In this document: one piece after another, positions 11,865 to 24,303 of the stretch | Layout: the number at the start of each line of letters is the position of its first letter | Numbering within the stretch: the first letter of the stretch is position 1 | Source of the DNA: Octopus sinensis | Taxonomy: Eukaryota | Reading direction: 5' to 3' | Length of the DNA stretch: 25,624 nt | Assembly: GCF_006345805.1 (NCBI RefSeq) | Contig: NW_021836051.1 | Coordinates: 1 to 25,624, forward strand | Program-made: the position numbers and the translations under genes | The notes under the pieces: generated by a model | What the model was told of the DNA's origin: nothing | Database searches by the model: none | Seen by the model: the letters and a program-made list of their open reading frames with translations, nothing else

Positions 11865-12050
11865 TATATGTATGTATGTATGTATGTATATGTATGTATG
11901 TATATATGTATGTATGTATATATGTATGTATATATGTATGTATGTATATATGTATGTATATATGTATGTATATATTTATGTATGTATTTATGTATGTATG
12001 TATGTATGTATGTATGTAGGTATGTGTATATATGTATGTACGTTTGTATG
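11797..12050 (+). repeat. (TA)n-(TATG)n block
   Basis: Directly visible. Confidence 0.95.
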
Positions 12051-12521
12051 TGTTGGCGTGAGCCCTATACACTCGGGTATAAACCAACAGAAGAACGATA
12101 ATACGATAATATTACTCGTCCAGATTAAATAATTTCGCTAATATTTGATGTTATTGTCAAGAACGAGATCTACAAGACTTAATCATGGCTTCCCATAATT
12201 GTTCAAACAGTAACACCATTTTATTTAGATCCATTCTAAGACAACATTATTAATTATAGTTTAGACATAACACAGAGTTCTGCAGAGAGAAGCTTCTAAA
12301 GGTTTGTTATAATCTCCAACATCCTGACCCTTATCCAGATTGATTCTTTAAGATTTAAGTTAGATGGAAAATTCCATTTATAGAGGCGGTTATACGTCTT
12401 CTTAAGTCTTCGTATCAGAGTTGCTTAAAATAAACGGATTGCATAGCTTAAGCTTCTATCTTCGATGTGAAATATAGACTGGATGGTTTCCAATTATTTT
12501 CTTTGCTTATATATATATATA

Positions 12522-12923
12522 GGCGGAGGAGTGGCTGTGTGGTAAGTAGCTTGTTTACCAACCACATGGTTCCGGGTTCAGTCCCACTGCGTGGCACTTT
12601 GGGCAAGTGTCTTCTACTATAGCCTTGGGCCGACCAAAACCTTGTGAGTGGATTTGGTAGACGGAAACTGAAAGAAGCCCGTCGTATATATGTATATATA
12701 TATACGTGTGTGTGTTTGTGTGAGTGTGTTTGTCCCGCTAGCATTGCTTGACAACCGATGCTGGTGTGTTTATGTCCCCGTTACTTAGCGGTTCGGCAAA
12801 AGAGACCGATAGAATAAGTACTGGGCTTAAAAAAGAATAAGTCCCGGGGTCGAGTTGCTCGATTAAAGCGGTGCTCCAGCATGGCCGCAATCAAATGACT
12901 GAAACAAGCAAAAGAGTAAAAGA

Positions 12924-12925
<2 letters not shown>
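12522..12925 (+). mobile_element. SINE family A, full length, inserted in a (TA)n tract
   Basis: A-box-like TGGCTGTGTGGTAAG, B-box-like GGGTTCAGTCCC, CTTTGGGCAAGTGTCTT core, internal TA/TG repeat, CAAAAGAGTAAAAGAG tail; (TA)n on both sides. Confidence 0.92.
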
Positions 12926-12974
<49 letters not shown>

Positions 12975-12987
12975 TGGAGATATTTAA

Positions 12988-13409
12988 GTGTGGCTGTGTG
13001 GTAAAAAGCCTGCTTCCTAACCACGTTCTCCTGGGTTCAGTCCCACTGCGTGGAACCTTACGCAGATATCGTCTTCTACAGCCTCGGATCGACTAAAGCC
13101 TTGTGAGTGGATTTGGTAGACGGAATCCCGTCGTATATGTGTGTGTGTGTGTATGTACGTATGTACGTAACTATATGTGTGTATTTTTGTGTCTTTCTTT
13201 GTCCATTCTACCACCACCACCACCACCCCAACAACAACGCATGACAACAGGTGTTTGAGTGTTTACGTCCTCACAACTTAGCGGTTTGGCAAAGAGACCG
13301 ACAAGATAGGTACTAGGCTGAAAAATGCCGTGAAGTCGGATTTCTTCGACTAAAACCCTTAGAGGCGGTGCTGTAGCATGACCGTAGTCACGTTATTGGA
13401 ACAAGTAAA
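12988..13409 (+). mobile_element. SINE family A, older diverged copy
   Basis: Colinear with 12522-12925 but with many substitutions and an expanded internal microsatellite. Confidence 0.85.
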
Positions 13410-13439
13410 CGTCTAAGTGAATGTATAATACATCCATAT

Positions 13440-13457
13440 GTACACAGATGTATATAC

Positions 13458-13534
<77 letters not shown>

Positions 13535-13539
13535 TTGTA

Positions 13540-13574
<35 letters not shown>

Positions 13575-13690
13575 TATGTATATATATATAAATATACGTA
13601 TGCATGCATGTATGTATGTATGTATGTATGTATGTATGTATGCATGCATGTATGTATGTATGTATGTATGTTGTATGTATGCATGAATGT
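13440..13690 (+). repeat. (TA)n/(TG)n/(TATG)n block
   Basis: Directly visible. Confidence 0.95.
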
Positions 13691-13927
13691 GTATGTTGCT
13701 TAAATTCATTAAATATACATTATTCGTAACGACCGACGCAGTTTATACGCAAATACTGACTTGAATCAATAATACATTTGTGAATGATCGTAAGAGCTTG
13801 AATCGTCCTTCATACGTATATATATATATATATAATATATATATATATATCCGAGTGCGCGCATGTGTGTATGGATTTAGTAGGTCGAACGTGGCGATTA
13901 CTACTTAATGCGTTAATTTAATGTGTA

Positions 13928-13971
<44 letters not shown>

Positions 13972-15445
13972 ATATATATATATATTAATATATATATGTA
14001 TGTAGCTATTTATGTATGTATATATGTTTGTTTGTATGTATGCATGTAGTATGATAAGTGCTAGTGCACGAATTATCACTACGACCTTGAGTCACTCTGT
14101 CGCTTCAGTTAATATTAATAACAAAATATATTTATATTCCTGTTTTAAGACCTATTTCTCTATTTCCGCATCGCCAAACCTATATATGTATATACATATT
14201 ATACACACACACACACATATATATATATGTATGTATGTAGGCATGTATGTCTATTTGAAGAAAGAGAGACAGGCAGACAGAGTTAGAGCAGAGAATTAGA
14301 GAATGCGACAGAGCAGCTTATTCGCGATATAGCGTGTGAGAAACATGATTTTGTACAATGGTGTAGATTATTAAGTGTTCTCATTAAAATATAGTGCCTT
14401 TGTTGAGGTAACTATGGCTAGAATACCTTATTACCGAGAACACGAATAGAATAGAAATATAGAGACAATGTATGTATATTATAGAACAAGGCATACTTAT
14501 TTTATCTGGGGGTCGACAGATTGGTAATTAAACGAAAAATACTTAAAGAAGAAACAAAATGATTTAGCAAAATAATAATTTGTAAAAGGAAGATGATCGA
14601 AGGATAAGTGACGAAAAATAAGGCCTATCCCGGCTCTAGAAATATATGATTAAGATGAATATGATTTGGTAAGAATACCATTTGTTTTCTAAATGGAAAT
14701 CTAGTTTTCAATAAGTGTATCTAAGATATGTAGAAAGCTATTCAATTGAGCATGTTAAAGCTTGGCGCTTTCCCGTTTTCTCTCTCCATCTAAATACACA
14801 TTTCCTGTCCTTTTGTTTTCATGGTTTAATCTCGGATCGATATTTCCATAATTAACAAAGACTATTCTATAAGAATTATGCGCCATTATTGAAACTATCA
14901 ATCGGAGTTTAAAGGAAAACCTAGATGGTTGGCGGATCATTCGACTATTTTATTATATTAAAATGATATTGAATAGAAGACAATGTTTTCGCAAATACAA
15001 AAGGGTTTTAATGAAACAATAGGGTGAATATAGATGGCGGATAAAAGATTACAGCATTTATCAATCGTTTGAAAATTGTAAGCGAACGAAAGTAATATAA
15101 AAGAAACTCTATCATCATCTTCGACTCAGCAGAATGCCTGATAAAATACACAAGATGAAGCCACGACGTAATCATTTAATACTGCAAGAAATAGCGACCA
15201 AATTCTTCTTCAAATCGCTCACTACCATTTTTAACGAAGCAAAGTGGGAGATATTGCATTATATGATTCGTGTAATTTTGTTGCGTGATGGGTGCCATCT
15301 TGGTTTATTCAGGTCATGCGATAGATAGATAGATTGTCAATGTCAGCGTTCGCTTACATTCTGCGTGTAAGTAAGTCAGACGACTGCCTTCTAAGAATAT
15401 AGTAATACAGTTAAGAGGAGCACATGCGTAGACATATTTATATTT

Positions 15446-15766
15446 GTGCGTGTGGTCAAATGGTTAGGGGCATTGGGTTCACGATCGTGAGGTTGTGAGA
15501 TCCATTCCCGCGGGCGTTTTGTGTCCTTCAGCAAGATACTTCATTTCACGATACTGCAGTCCGTTCAGCCGGGGAAAATTAGCTGTGCCTGTAATTCAAA
15601 GTGCCAGCCTTGTTACATCCCGTGTGAAGTTGAATCTCCTTAAGAGCTACGTTAATGGTAGCGGGTCTTAGGAATACACAGCCACTTGTACGTTAATATT
15701 ACGAGGACGATGTTCCGTTGATCAGATCAACGGGAACGCTCGTCGTCGTAACTGACGGAGTGCCAG
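15446..15766 (+). mobile_element. tRNA-derived SINE family C (CORE-like)
   Basis: A-box-like TGGTCAAATGGTTAGG, degenerate B-box GAGATCCATTCCC, CORE-like TGTGTCCTTCAGCAAGATACTT...AAAATTAG, and a 3' stem-loop GTTCCGTTGATCAGATCAACGGGAAC. Single copy in the window; family recognised from memory of octopus repeats. Confidence 0.75.
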
Positions 15767-16294
15767 TCTGTGTATGTATGCACAAGCGTGTGTTGGTGCG
15801 TGCGTGTGTGTATGGCTTTTCTTAGAGAAGTTTGACCATGCTTGTGCTCATTTTTGCGAGCCTAGCCTTTCCCCTTTCTATTTTTCTTGGTTTGTAGAAA
15901 ACTGGCTGTTGCCTATACATACATGTCACCAATGTCCACGCCATCGATTTTAATTCCATGTAAATTCCGCCGACTTGGGCCACTGCTGTTTGGCATTCAT
16001 ATCATTGCAGGCATTGCTGTCAAAATGCAAACACTTGGAACAGATCTTGCAAGACGTCAAGCCTAACACTCTAACGTTTCCACCAATCAACCGCCCTAGA
16101 TTAGTTCTATTTCATCGACCTATAAAGGATATGTGACTTCACACACATAACTTTAACATTACAAGGAAAAGTTTCAGTGTCCTTGCTGGCATCAGACACA
16201 AAGTTTTGGCGGTCGTTTGGGTTAGGTGTCTCTATATTTGCGAGGAGCTATACTTATCTTACTATAATTATGTATATAATTATAGAATATTCTG

Positions 16295-16337
<43 letters not shown>

Positions 16338-16736
16338 GATCTGTTCAATTCATCTCGTATTGAAATTTTTTGTATATATCTTTTATAAATATATATATAA
16401 ATTTATGCAAGAAAATTGTTGGAATGAACAGGCTTCAATCATTTATCACAACAATTGTTTCTGTGCATAACTAAAAGCTTTTCGTTGCTGAGGTTTCTAA
16501 ATTTAACATTTTCTTCTATAAAAATTACATAAACATGATCCAGCAGTAGCTTTGTACACGCATATCATCAGGTGACTGGCTTTGAGAGCTCAAAGCTCAT
16601 GGAGAGCTCTCTTTGAGAGCTAATAGCCGTAAAGGAGCTTTGTAATACACGTCATAAATGTATTTCTTAGATGATAGTAAATAAATGTTTATATATGCAT
16701 ATACATATGTATATACACGGGAACACACACACACAC

Positions 16737-16780
<44 letters not shown>

Positions 16781-16807
16781 TTGCGCAGGTGCGGGTTGTA
16801 AGAAACT

Positions 16808-17234
16808 TGGATCTTTTCGGTTTGAACGGCAGTTTTTTCTAGCGTTGTCATATGAAATTGTCACCCATAATTATGACCCTAGTATCGATCTATTGTATTT
16901 CAATCTGTTTAACAGTTAGGGTTAGGGCTAGGGGTGGGGGGAAGGGTATCTTTTTTCTTCACAAATGTAAACAAACCCAATCTGTTTCTTAAACGAGGGA
17001 CATATTCATACAGCACAGAATGTTTTTTAACTCAATGGACGTCATCGATTGGTTAAAATTGCAGAAATTGAAAAAAAAAAAACAGCAACTATCTTACAAA
17101 CTATAGAATATTCTCAATAAAGCCAAGAGAAAAAGATGTTTTATAAACACATTCTACCAGTATACGAAGTTTAAAATTTTTATTAGTTACCTAGAAATTA
17201 TGTTAAAAACTGCCGTTCAAACCGAAAAGATCCA
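16808..17234. mobile_element. MITE / non-autonomous DNA transposon, ~427 bp, ~30-bp perfect TIRs, superfamily not assigned
   Basis: Left TGGATCTTTTCGGTTTGAACGGCAGTTTTT is the reverse complement of right AAAAACTGCCGTTCAAACCGAAAAGATCCA. No transposase ORF. It interrupts a SINE-A-like head. Confidence 0.9.
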
Positions 17235-17252
17235 GGAGCTTACTTCCCAACC

Positions 17253-17294
<42 letters not shown>

Positions 17295-17302
17295 GTATGT
17301 AT

Positions 17303-17435
17303 AAGCAGGATGGTCACAGCTGGAAGGCTTCTCATCCTATGTCTGCTCAGTCAGAGCCAACCTTTGGTGAAGATGGTACAAGTGCTATAACAATAACTAC
17401 AAAGTCTACTGCCACAACGACAGCATCAACACATT
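17303..17435 (-). repeat. Degenerate interspersed repeat (family D) preceded by a decayed (GTT)n tract; probable relatives at ~19250-19345 (+) and ~19728-19862 (+)
   Basis: Reverse complement GAGCAGACATAGGATGAGAAGCCTTCCAGCTGTGACCATCC matches an octopus repeat I recall. All three sites share a GTT-tract-then-element layout, but their pairwise similarity is weak. Confidence 0.35.
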
Positions 17436-18299
17436 CAGAAATTCCAAAATTCAATCTGTTGATCTTTTGTCTTTCTTTTATGTTTTTTAAACCTACAAAA
17501 TAGTACAATAGATTTGTTTTCGGTTCGCTTCCTTTCGACGTCTACAATGGTGAGCAGTGATCGTATTTTGTTCCCGTTCACCATTTCTATAATACTTTAC
17601 ATGTTATTTTTCGTTGAATTTCCTATTTTTTATATTTGTTCATCATTTCCCCTCCATTTTCTCTTTTTATTTCTCTCTCTCGCTATTGCTTTTTCCTCGT
17701 GTACCGTTATTCTTCGTTCGACATTTGTAAAATATCGGTGAAATAGTGTTATTGTATCTTGTGACGCCATTGTTATATGGGCACAGAAGCGGGCATCATA
17801 CAGTTCTTTTATATACGGTTTTTGTATGCGTTTATGGTTGATTTTCTTTCTCTTTTTCTTTTTCTTTTTTTACTCTGCACAAAATGTTTTGTACGGAATT
17901 AAACTCTGTATATATTTACCGAACAATCGATTTATTTTAATAATGGTTCTGTTTTCTTTTTTTCTGTTTTTTTTCTCACAAGAAAACGAATTCTATTCTT
18001 CTTTTGAAGAAGGGAAGAAAGAGAGGTTCAAATTTATACAATTCTTGACGACGTCTGAATCGTGAATATTTGACCTTTTCGCTCGCAATATTTCAAATAT
18101 TAAATTTTTATATGAGAATAAAATTTTTAAAATTTTCTACAGTATGCACTGTTGGTAATCATTTGTCAAAGACGGCATCGTCATGTCTACCATAGATTAT
18201 CTTTCCTGACGAACTTCAAACATTCATCGATATCAATGTTATATTACCTCGCAGAGGACTGCTACCATATTACTTCCCAGCTCACAATTCTCTTCGCCT

Positions 18300-18529
18300 T
18301 TCTCTCTCTTTCTCTCTCTCCCTTTCTCTCTCTCGCTCTCTCAATTTTTTTTATCAGTTTTATATGTCCCTATATGCTAATATTTCTCTTTCTCTATCTC
18401 TGTCTATCTCCTTCTCCATCATATCATCATTCTTTTTACCTCTTTATATGTTAGTCGCTGACTCTGCCTTTCATTTTCCCTACTCTCTGTCTTCCTCTCT
18501 CTTTGTCTCTATCTCTCTCACTGTCTATA

Positions 18530-18622
<93 letters not shown>

Positions 18623-18830
18623 TATGTATGTATATATATATACATATATATATACATATGTATGTATGTATGTATATATATATACATATATATATACATA
18701 TGTATGTATGTGTATATATATATATCATTATCTTTCTATCTCGCCTTCTTTCTCTTACATCGCAGCATTCTTTATAACGTTTTACTCGTTAGTCTCTTTC
18801 TTTACCTCTCTCTCTCTTTCACACTCACTC
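18300..18830 (+). repeat. (CT)-rich polypyrimidine plus (TA)/(TATG) block
   Basis: Directly visible. Confidence 0.9.
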
Positions 18831-19413
18831 ACTCACTAATTTCTCAGCAAACTTTCACCTCCTCCTATCGACACCACTCTAGACTCAGCTTCTGGACATA
18901 AATTCTACTTTACAGAAGGCAGCGCAGCAGAATAAATCTGGTTTCTTCATTCGTTATTTACTATTCCCAAATTCTCACTTTCTTCAACAGGAATTCTTAA
19001 ACACTACTCACACTGAACACTTTATACCGCCAACACAATAAACCGCCACTAAGAGGCACGTTAATAGCAGCTCTTACGCTTTTATTGTTTAAGAAAGATG
19101 GCCCCTTTCAAACGAATCAGGTAATATATCCTTTCAAATTTAAGAACTCCCAAGATTGAAGCTAATGGATTCTAGTGGTGTTAGAGTTGTGAAGGAGACT
19201 CAGTGTGGTTCTGTGTATACTGTCTTCATTTTTAGATGTTAAATATTGTTATTCCTGTTGTTACTGTTTGTATTTTCGTGCATAGGTCAGGCCTAACGGA
19301 ATGTTGCCGAATGATCAAAAGTGTTCCATTTTCCCTCCTTTTTTCTTTAAATAAGTTGCTTGATATGTGCTTCGTGTTTGATTAAAGACAGCACAGCATC
19401 AGTTGGCGATTTA

Positions 19414-19651
19414 AGTTCTTATTTCTTTACTACCCACAAGGGGTTAAACACAGAGGGGACTAACAAGGACAGAAAAACGGATTAAGTCGATTATATCGAC
19501 CCCAGTGCGTAAATGGTACTCATTTAATCGACCCCGAAAGGATGAAAGGCAAAGTCGAACTCGGCGGAATTGGAACTCAGAACGTAGCGGCAGACGAAAT
19601 ACTGCTAAGCATTTCGCCCAGAGTGCTAACATTTCTGCCAACTCGCCGCCT
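19414..19651 (-). mobile_element. SINE family B, full length, with 11-bp TSD
   Basis: Reverse complement matches 23604-23832; TSD TTGGCGATTTA at 19403-19413 and 19652-19662. Confidence 0.93.
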
Positions 19652-20228
19652 TTGGCGATTTAGATCCTATACTTAGCAAGTCGTTTGACCGTAAATAAGT
19701 TATTTCGTTGTCTCATAGCAATACATATTGTTGTTGTTGTTGTTGTTCCTGCTGCTTTCGTCACCGTCATTATAATTGTTGTTGATTATCCACCAAGTCC
19801 AAACCTAATCAGGTATATCCTATGTTCGATGAGGTTCTAACAGTGAACATTCCGCCTTTCCAGACACCATGTATCGCTGGCTTTTACCAACTGCACTGCA
19901 CAATTAAAGACCTGCAAGGACACCGTATTTCGTTGTACAACCATAAAATACAAGGAATTATAAGTCAATATTGTATGCTACTGTGTTAGCAGTGCTATTG
20001 CATCAATGGCTAACGTTATCTCTACAAATTTACAATAGAATTTGTAACCAGCACTGATTTTCTTATAAAGTTTCAGGCGTCTCGGATATAAAATGTCGTA
20101 AGAAAATAATTGCTGACGATAATTTCTATAGCAAATCTGTAGAAATAATCTAAACAACCACGTTCATCTACATGAAAATCTGGGACAAAATTAGCAAAAG
20201 TCTTCTTTCAGGTTTCAGCATTCTAGGG

Positions 20229-20663
20229 CAATGGTTCCCAACCCTTTTATTTAAATGATCTTTTCCACCGACCCCTTTTGATAGGCTTATCCTTATGTGT
20301 ATATCTATATAAATACAGCTTTGTGGTGCAACAAGGCACTAATATTTACTGGAAATAGCAGTCGATACAAATACGACGCTATTGTAAAGCTTCACTGTGT
20401 ATATATACTGGCAAAGAGGTGTGAGTGCAACAAACATGAAAAATTTGTCTTACCTCTAGGAAGAACATTAGATAAAAATGGACAACCCAGAATAGGATAA
20501 TGCAGTACCTAGGTTTCGGACTCTTCAAATACGATTGACAACGTAAATGTGATCAGTATTCATCAGTTGCATTTACCTAGATAGTATTTCAAATGTTGTC
20601 TCGTCAATGCCAGTACATTCGCCTGAACGCTTAGCCGCTAAGAGAACGAGAACAGTGAAAAAG

Positions 20664-20722
<59 letters not shown>

Positions 20723-20813
20723 TTTGAATATATATGTATAAATTTAATATATATATATATATGAAATTTTGAATTTAGTTCACGGTCCGTGGACCACAGG
20801 TTGGGAAGCACTG
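20229..20813. mobile_element. hAT (Charlie-like) non-autonomous element
   Basis: Termini CAATGGTTCCCAACC and GGTTGGGAAGCACTG, close to the CAGTGGTTCCCAACC hAT-type TIR. Flanking 8-mers TTCTAGGG / TAATAGAG match 5/8 (possible decayed TSD). Internal (TA)n; no transposase. Could be a composite of two elements. Confidence 0.7.
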
Positions 20814-21059
20814 TAATAGAGTCTTATGCTAGTAGACTTTAACTACTATTTCTGGTGGGTTAAAGGACCACGTATAGGAGCAATCTCGTTGTTTTGTTGT
20901 CTAGACTATATTCACGACGAGATGTCCACACCATTGACTTTTAATATCGGTTTCTTCACAAACTATTACTTCATCATCATTAACAATTTATCAGTAGAAA
21001 AAATATTTTCACAACTTATTTTTATGATATTTTTTTCATATACAATGTAACTGCGTACA

Positions 21060-21590
<531 letters not shown>

Positions 21591-21871
21591 GCAAATTTGC
21601 CTGTTCTGAAGAAACAGCAGCAACGTTAATATTTTATTTAGTACCATGTTGAGTTCTGTAGATAAAATGGAAGTGTAAAACTGTTTGCTATAACTAATTT
21701 ATACTTCATTTTCTTTTATTTCTCACCCGTCAATCACAGCCATAATTACTAGATATTTTTATGCACTGGAAAATATAAAACTTACACGTAAATTATCTAC
21801 AAGACACCAGCCATTTTTTGCAGAGCAGGTCAGTTTTTTTTTTAAACACGTGTATAACAAACCTATCACTC

Positions 21872-22306
21872 ATGAAGTCACGTTTGTATAATGAAAAGAA
21901 TATGAAACCTCTGGTACGATCTCGAGAATATATTATTATGGTGGTCTTTACAAGAAGCTCTATATACTATAGAAGCGACAGAGAACGAAAACAAGTTGTT
22001 GTTCAGGGGGAGATAATCGCTTCCAAGTGCATCTATCTATCGTCTTCAGAGGATTTTTTTTTTTGTCAGACTGAACAGAGTAAGAAGAGAATACATCTTG
22101 TTGTAGATAATTCTTATTTTCATAGTAGCCGTGCATGTTATCATTTCATCTTTTTTGGGAATCTTCAGCATTACACAAATCCACATTTTCAAATTATTGT
22201 ATGTAGGGACATATGTAAACATAAACTAAAACTAGAATATCGTTGTCGAAACGACATTCATACAAGATTTACGAGCCATCTAAATTCGGGTCTCCGTGCC
22301 ATATGA
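21872..22306 (+). CDS. Unexplained ORF (144 aa from the ATG at 21872; stop-free back to at least 21818), product unknown
   Basis: Longest non-repeat open frame in the window; the translation is not recognisable and spans a T12 run. Confidence 0.15.
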   Translation: MKSRLYNEKNMKPLVRSREYIIMVVFTRSSIYYRSDRERKQVVVQGEIIASKCIYLSSSEDFFFCQTEQSKKRIHLVVDNSYFHSSRACYHFIFFGNLQHYTNPHFQIIVCRDICKHKLKLEYRCRNDIHTRFTSHLNSGLRAI

Positions 22307-23104
22307 CAGAACAGACGTATCTCAGCTGTAAATCGGTTGTTAGTAAGAAAAACATTACTAACAAAATGAAGGAAAACCTGAATTTAAACAATTTGGAAAA
22401 GTTAAAGCGTTCAAATAATTTTTTTCTTAAGAAATACACATGCCATCCAACATCAGATGCTTCGAAATAAGTGTTGACAACCATTTCAACCGGAGCGATA
22501 AGGTTCGCAAGTTAAGCACTTGATGGCTAGATATCATTCGACTTGTGTGTAGTATTATAATTAGAATACAGCTGAATACTGTGGTTTTAGCATACCAAAC
22601 AAAACGTTGTGAGAATTGAGGAGTCCTACAGAGAAATTACAAGTACATATACAGACACACACGTGCACACGCACACACACACGCACACATGTATGTATGA
22701 CTTTTCATTGAGTTTTATTTCAGTTCTCGAGAGAGTTCAAGCCAGTCGCTAACAAAGTGACAAGACTACTGGTATTAAGAGTGTTCTCTGTGTTTGTAAA
22801 TAGGTGGTTCATTTGGTGGGTTGGTTGAACTGCTGATACACACTCCCGAGTATTTGCATCTGTTCATATGTGAGTCTCAGATGGAGAATTTTTGGAATGT
22901 CTTAAAATATTCACTGTATCACTAATAGATTGGATTTGGAGAACCCGTGTCATTTTATTTTGCTCTTTCTGCGCGAAACTGATTATTTCTAGATTTTTCT
23001 GTAAATTTGTTGGTACATAATCTAATACCACCTATGATGATAGCCAGAGTACAAGAGCTCTAAGTTCCGCATTAATTCGCCATAATTGTTCCCTTTCTCC
23101 CGGA

Positions 23105-23265
23105 CTTCTTCCAACGTTTGTTTCTGAGCTCAGATGCAACCGGGGTCGATTTTTCCTCTCATTTCTATGGTCTATGAAATAAGCAACATTTGAATATTTG
23201 AGGTCGACATAATCGGCTTCTTTCTTTCCCGAAATTGATGGTCTTCAGTCAGAATTTGAAATCAT
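23105..23265 (+). mobile_element. SINE family B, degenerate fragment
   Basis: TTCTGAGCTCA...GGGGTCGATTTTTCCTCTCAT...GAGGTCGACATAATCGGC...GAAATTGATGGTCTT...AATTTGAAA. Confidence 0.55.
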
Positions 23266-23603
23266 AACTTAAGCGCATTAGAGTTCCACGTTTCAAACTT
23301 TCTTCGCAGTCATTCGTCGTCTTTTCCTCCGAATATTTTTCGTCACATGACCGCTGTCATGCTTTCCAGATGATGTATTATATTCTGTAACTAACGGTAC
23401 TGGTTGCATTACATCTCGATATCAACCGTGTGACACAAAGACATTCTTATGTAATTATTTATTTATCCGTTAATTATATTTCGCTTCCTTTCGTTGTTGC
23501 TGGCGACGCAACAGGTGTGCGTAGGCGTGTGTCAGTGTGTGTCTATATCTGTAAATGTAATGAAATTTTATTTAACATAATCATAATGTATGCAGTATTC
23601 ACC

Positions 23604-23832
23604 GGCGAGCTGGCAGAAACTTTAGCACGCCGGGCGAAATGCGTAGCCGTATTTCGTCTGCCGTTACGTTCTGAGTTCAAATTCCGCCGAGGTCGACTTT
23701 GCCTTTCATCCTTTCGGGGTCGATAAATTAAGTACCAGTTACGCACTGGGGTCGATGTAATTGACTTAATCCGTTTGTCTGTCCTTATTTGTTCACTCTA
23801 TGTTTAGCCCCTTGTGGGTAGTAAAGAAATAG
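23604..23832 (+). mobile_element. SINE family B, full length, with 9-bp TSD
   Basis: GGCGAGCTGGCAGAAAC head, GAGTTCAAATTCC B-box, central GTCGACTTTGCCTTTCATCC domain (resembles the SINE 'Meta' domain as I recall it; unverified). TSD GTATTCACC at 23595-23603 and 23833-23841. Confidence 0.93.
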
Positions 23833-24044
23833 GTATTCACCAATATATACAAATACCTTTCACATACACACGCATGTATTTGTGCAATATACATGTGTGT
23901 GCATGTCTTTGTGAGTGTGTGAAAGTGTGTGTAAGTAGGTAGGCATACACATAGGTTAAAATTGAAATCTCGATGTCCATCACGTAGGAAGTTTAAATTA
24001 TTTGTTTGGTACGAGCTGTCCACAAGGCTTTGGGTTGTGGATAC

Positions 24045-24089
<45 letters not shown>

Positions 24090-24140
24090 ATACATTAATA
24101 CATTAATATTATGCTGGACAACACAGATACAAAGACACAC

Positions 24141-24235
24141 ATGAATAAAATATAAACATACTATACATAATACATATATGTAATATATATATATATATAT
24201 ATAATAATATATATATAGAAGCCATTCCTATGCAT

Positions 24236-24303
<68 letters not shown>

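Noticed and set aside
12448-12744. Recurring peptide RRASFSFRLPNPLTRFWSAQGYSRRHLPKVPRSGTEPG (also 7873-8076 and 24993-25385)
   Set aside because: Antisense reading of SINE family A, not a gene family.
17297-17503. 68-aa Thr-rich ORF
   Set aside because: Derived from the family-D repeat plus a decayed (AAC)n tract.
18215-18240. DIDEC calcium-binding EGF-like motif on the minus strand
   Set aside because: Bounded by stops, with no further cysteines and no splice acceptor.
20297-20500. ORF inside the hAT-like element as a transposase remnant
   Set aside because: No recognisable transposase motifs.
23604-23690. tRNA gene
   Set aside because: A/B boxes are present, but the sequence continues into the SINE body and has no canonical cloverleaf; it is a SINE head.
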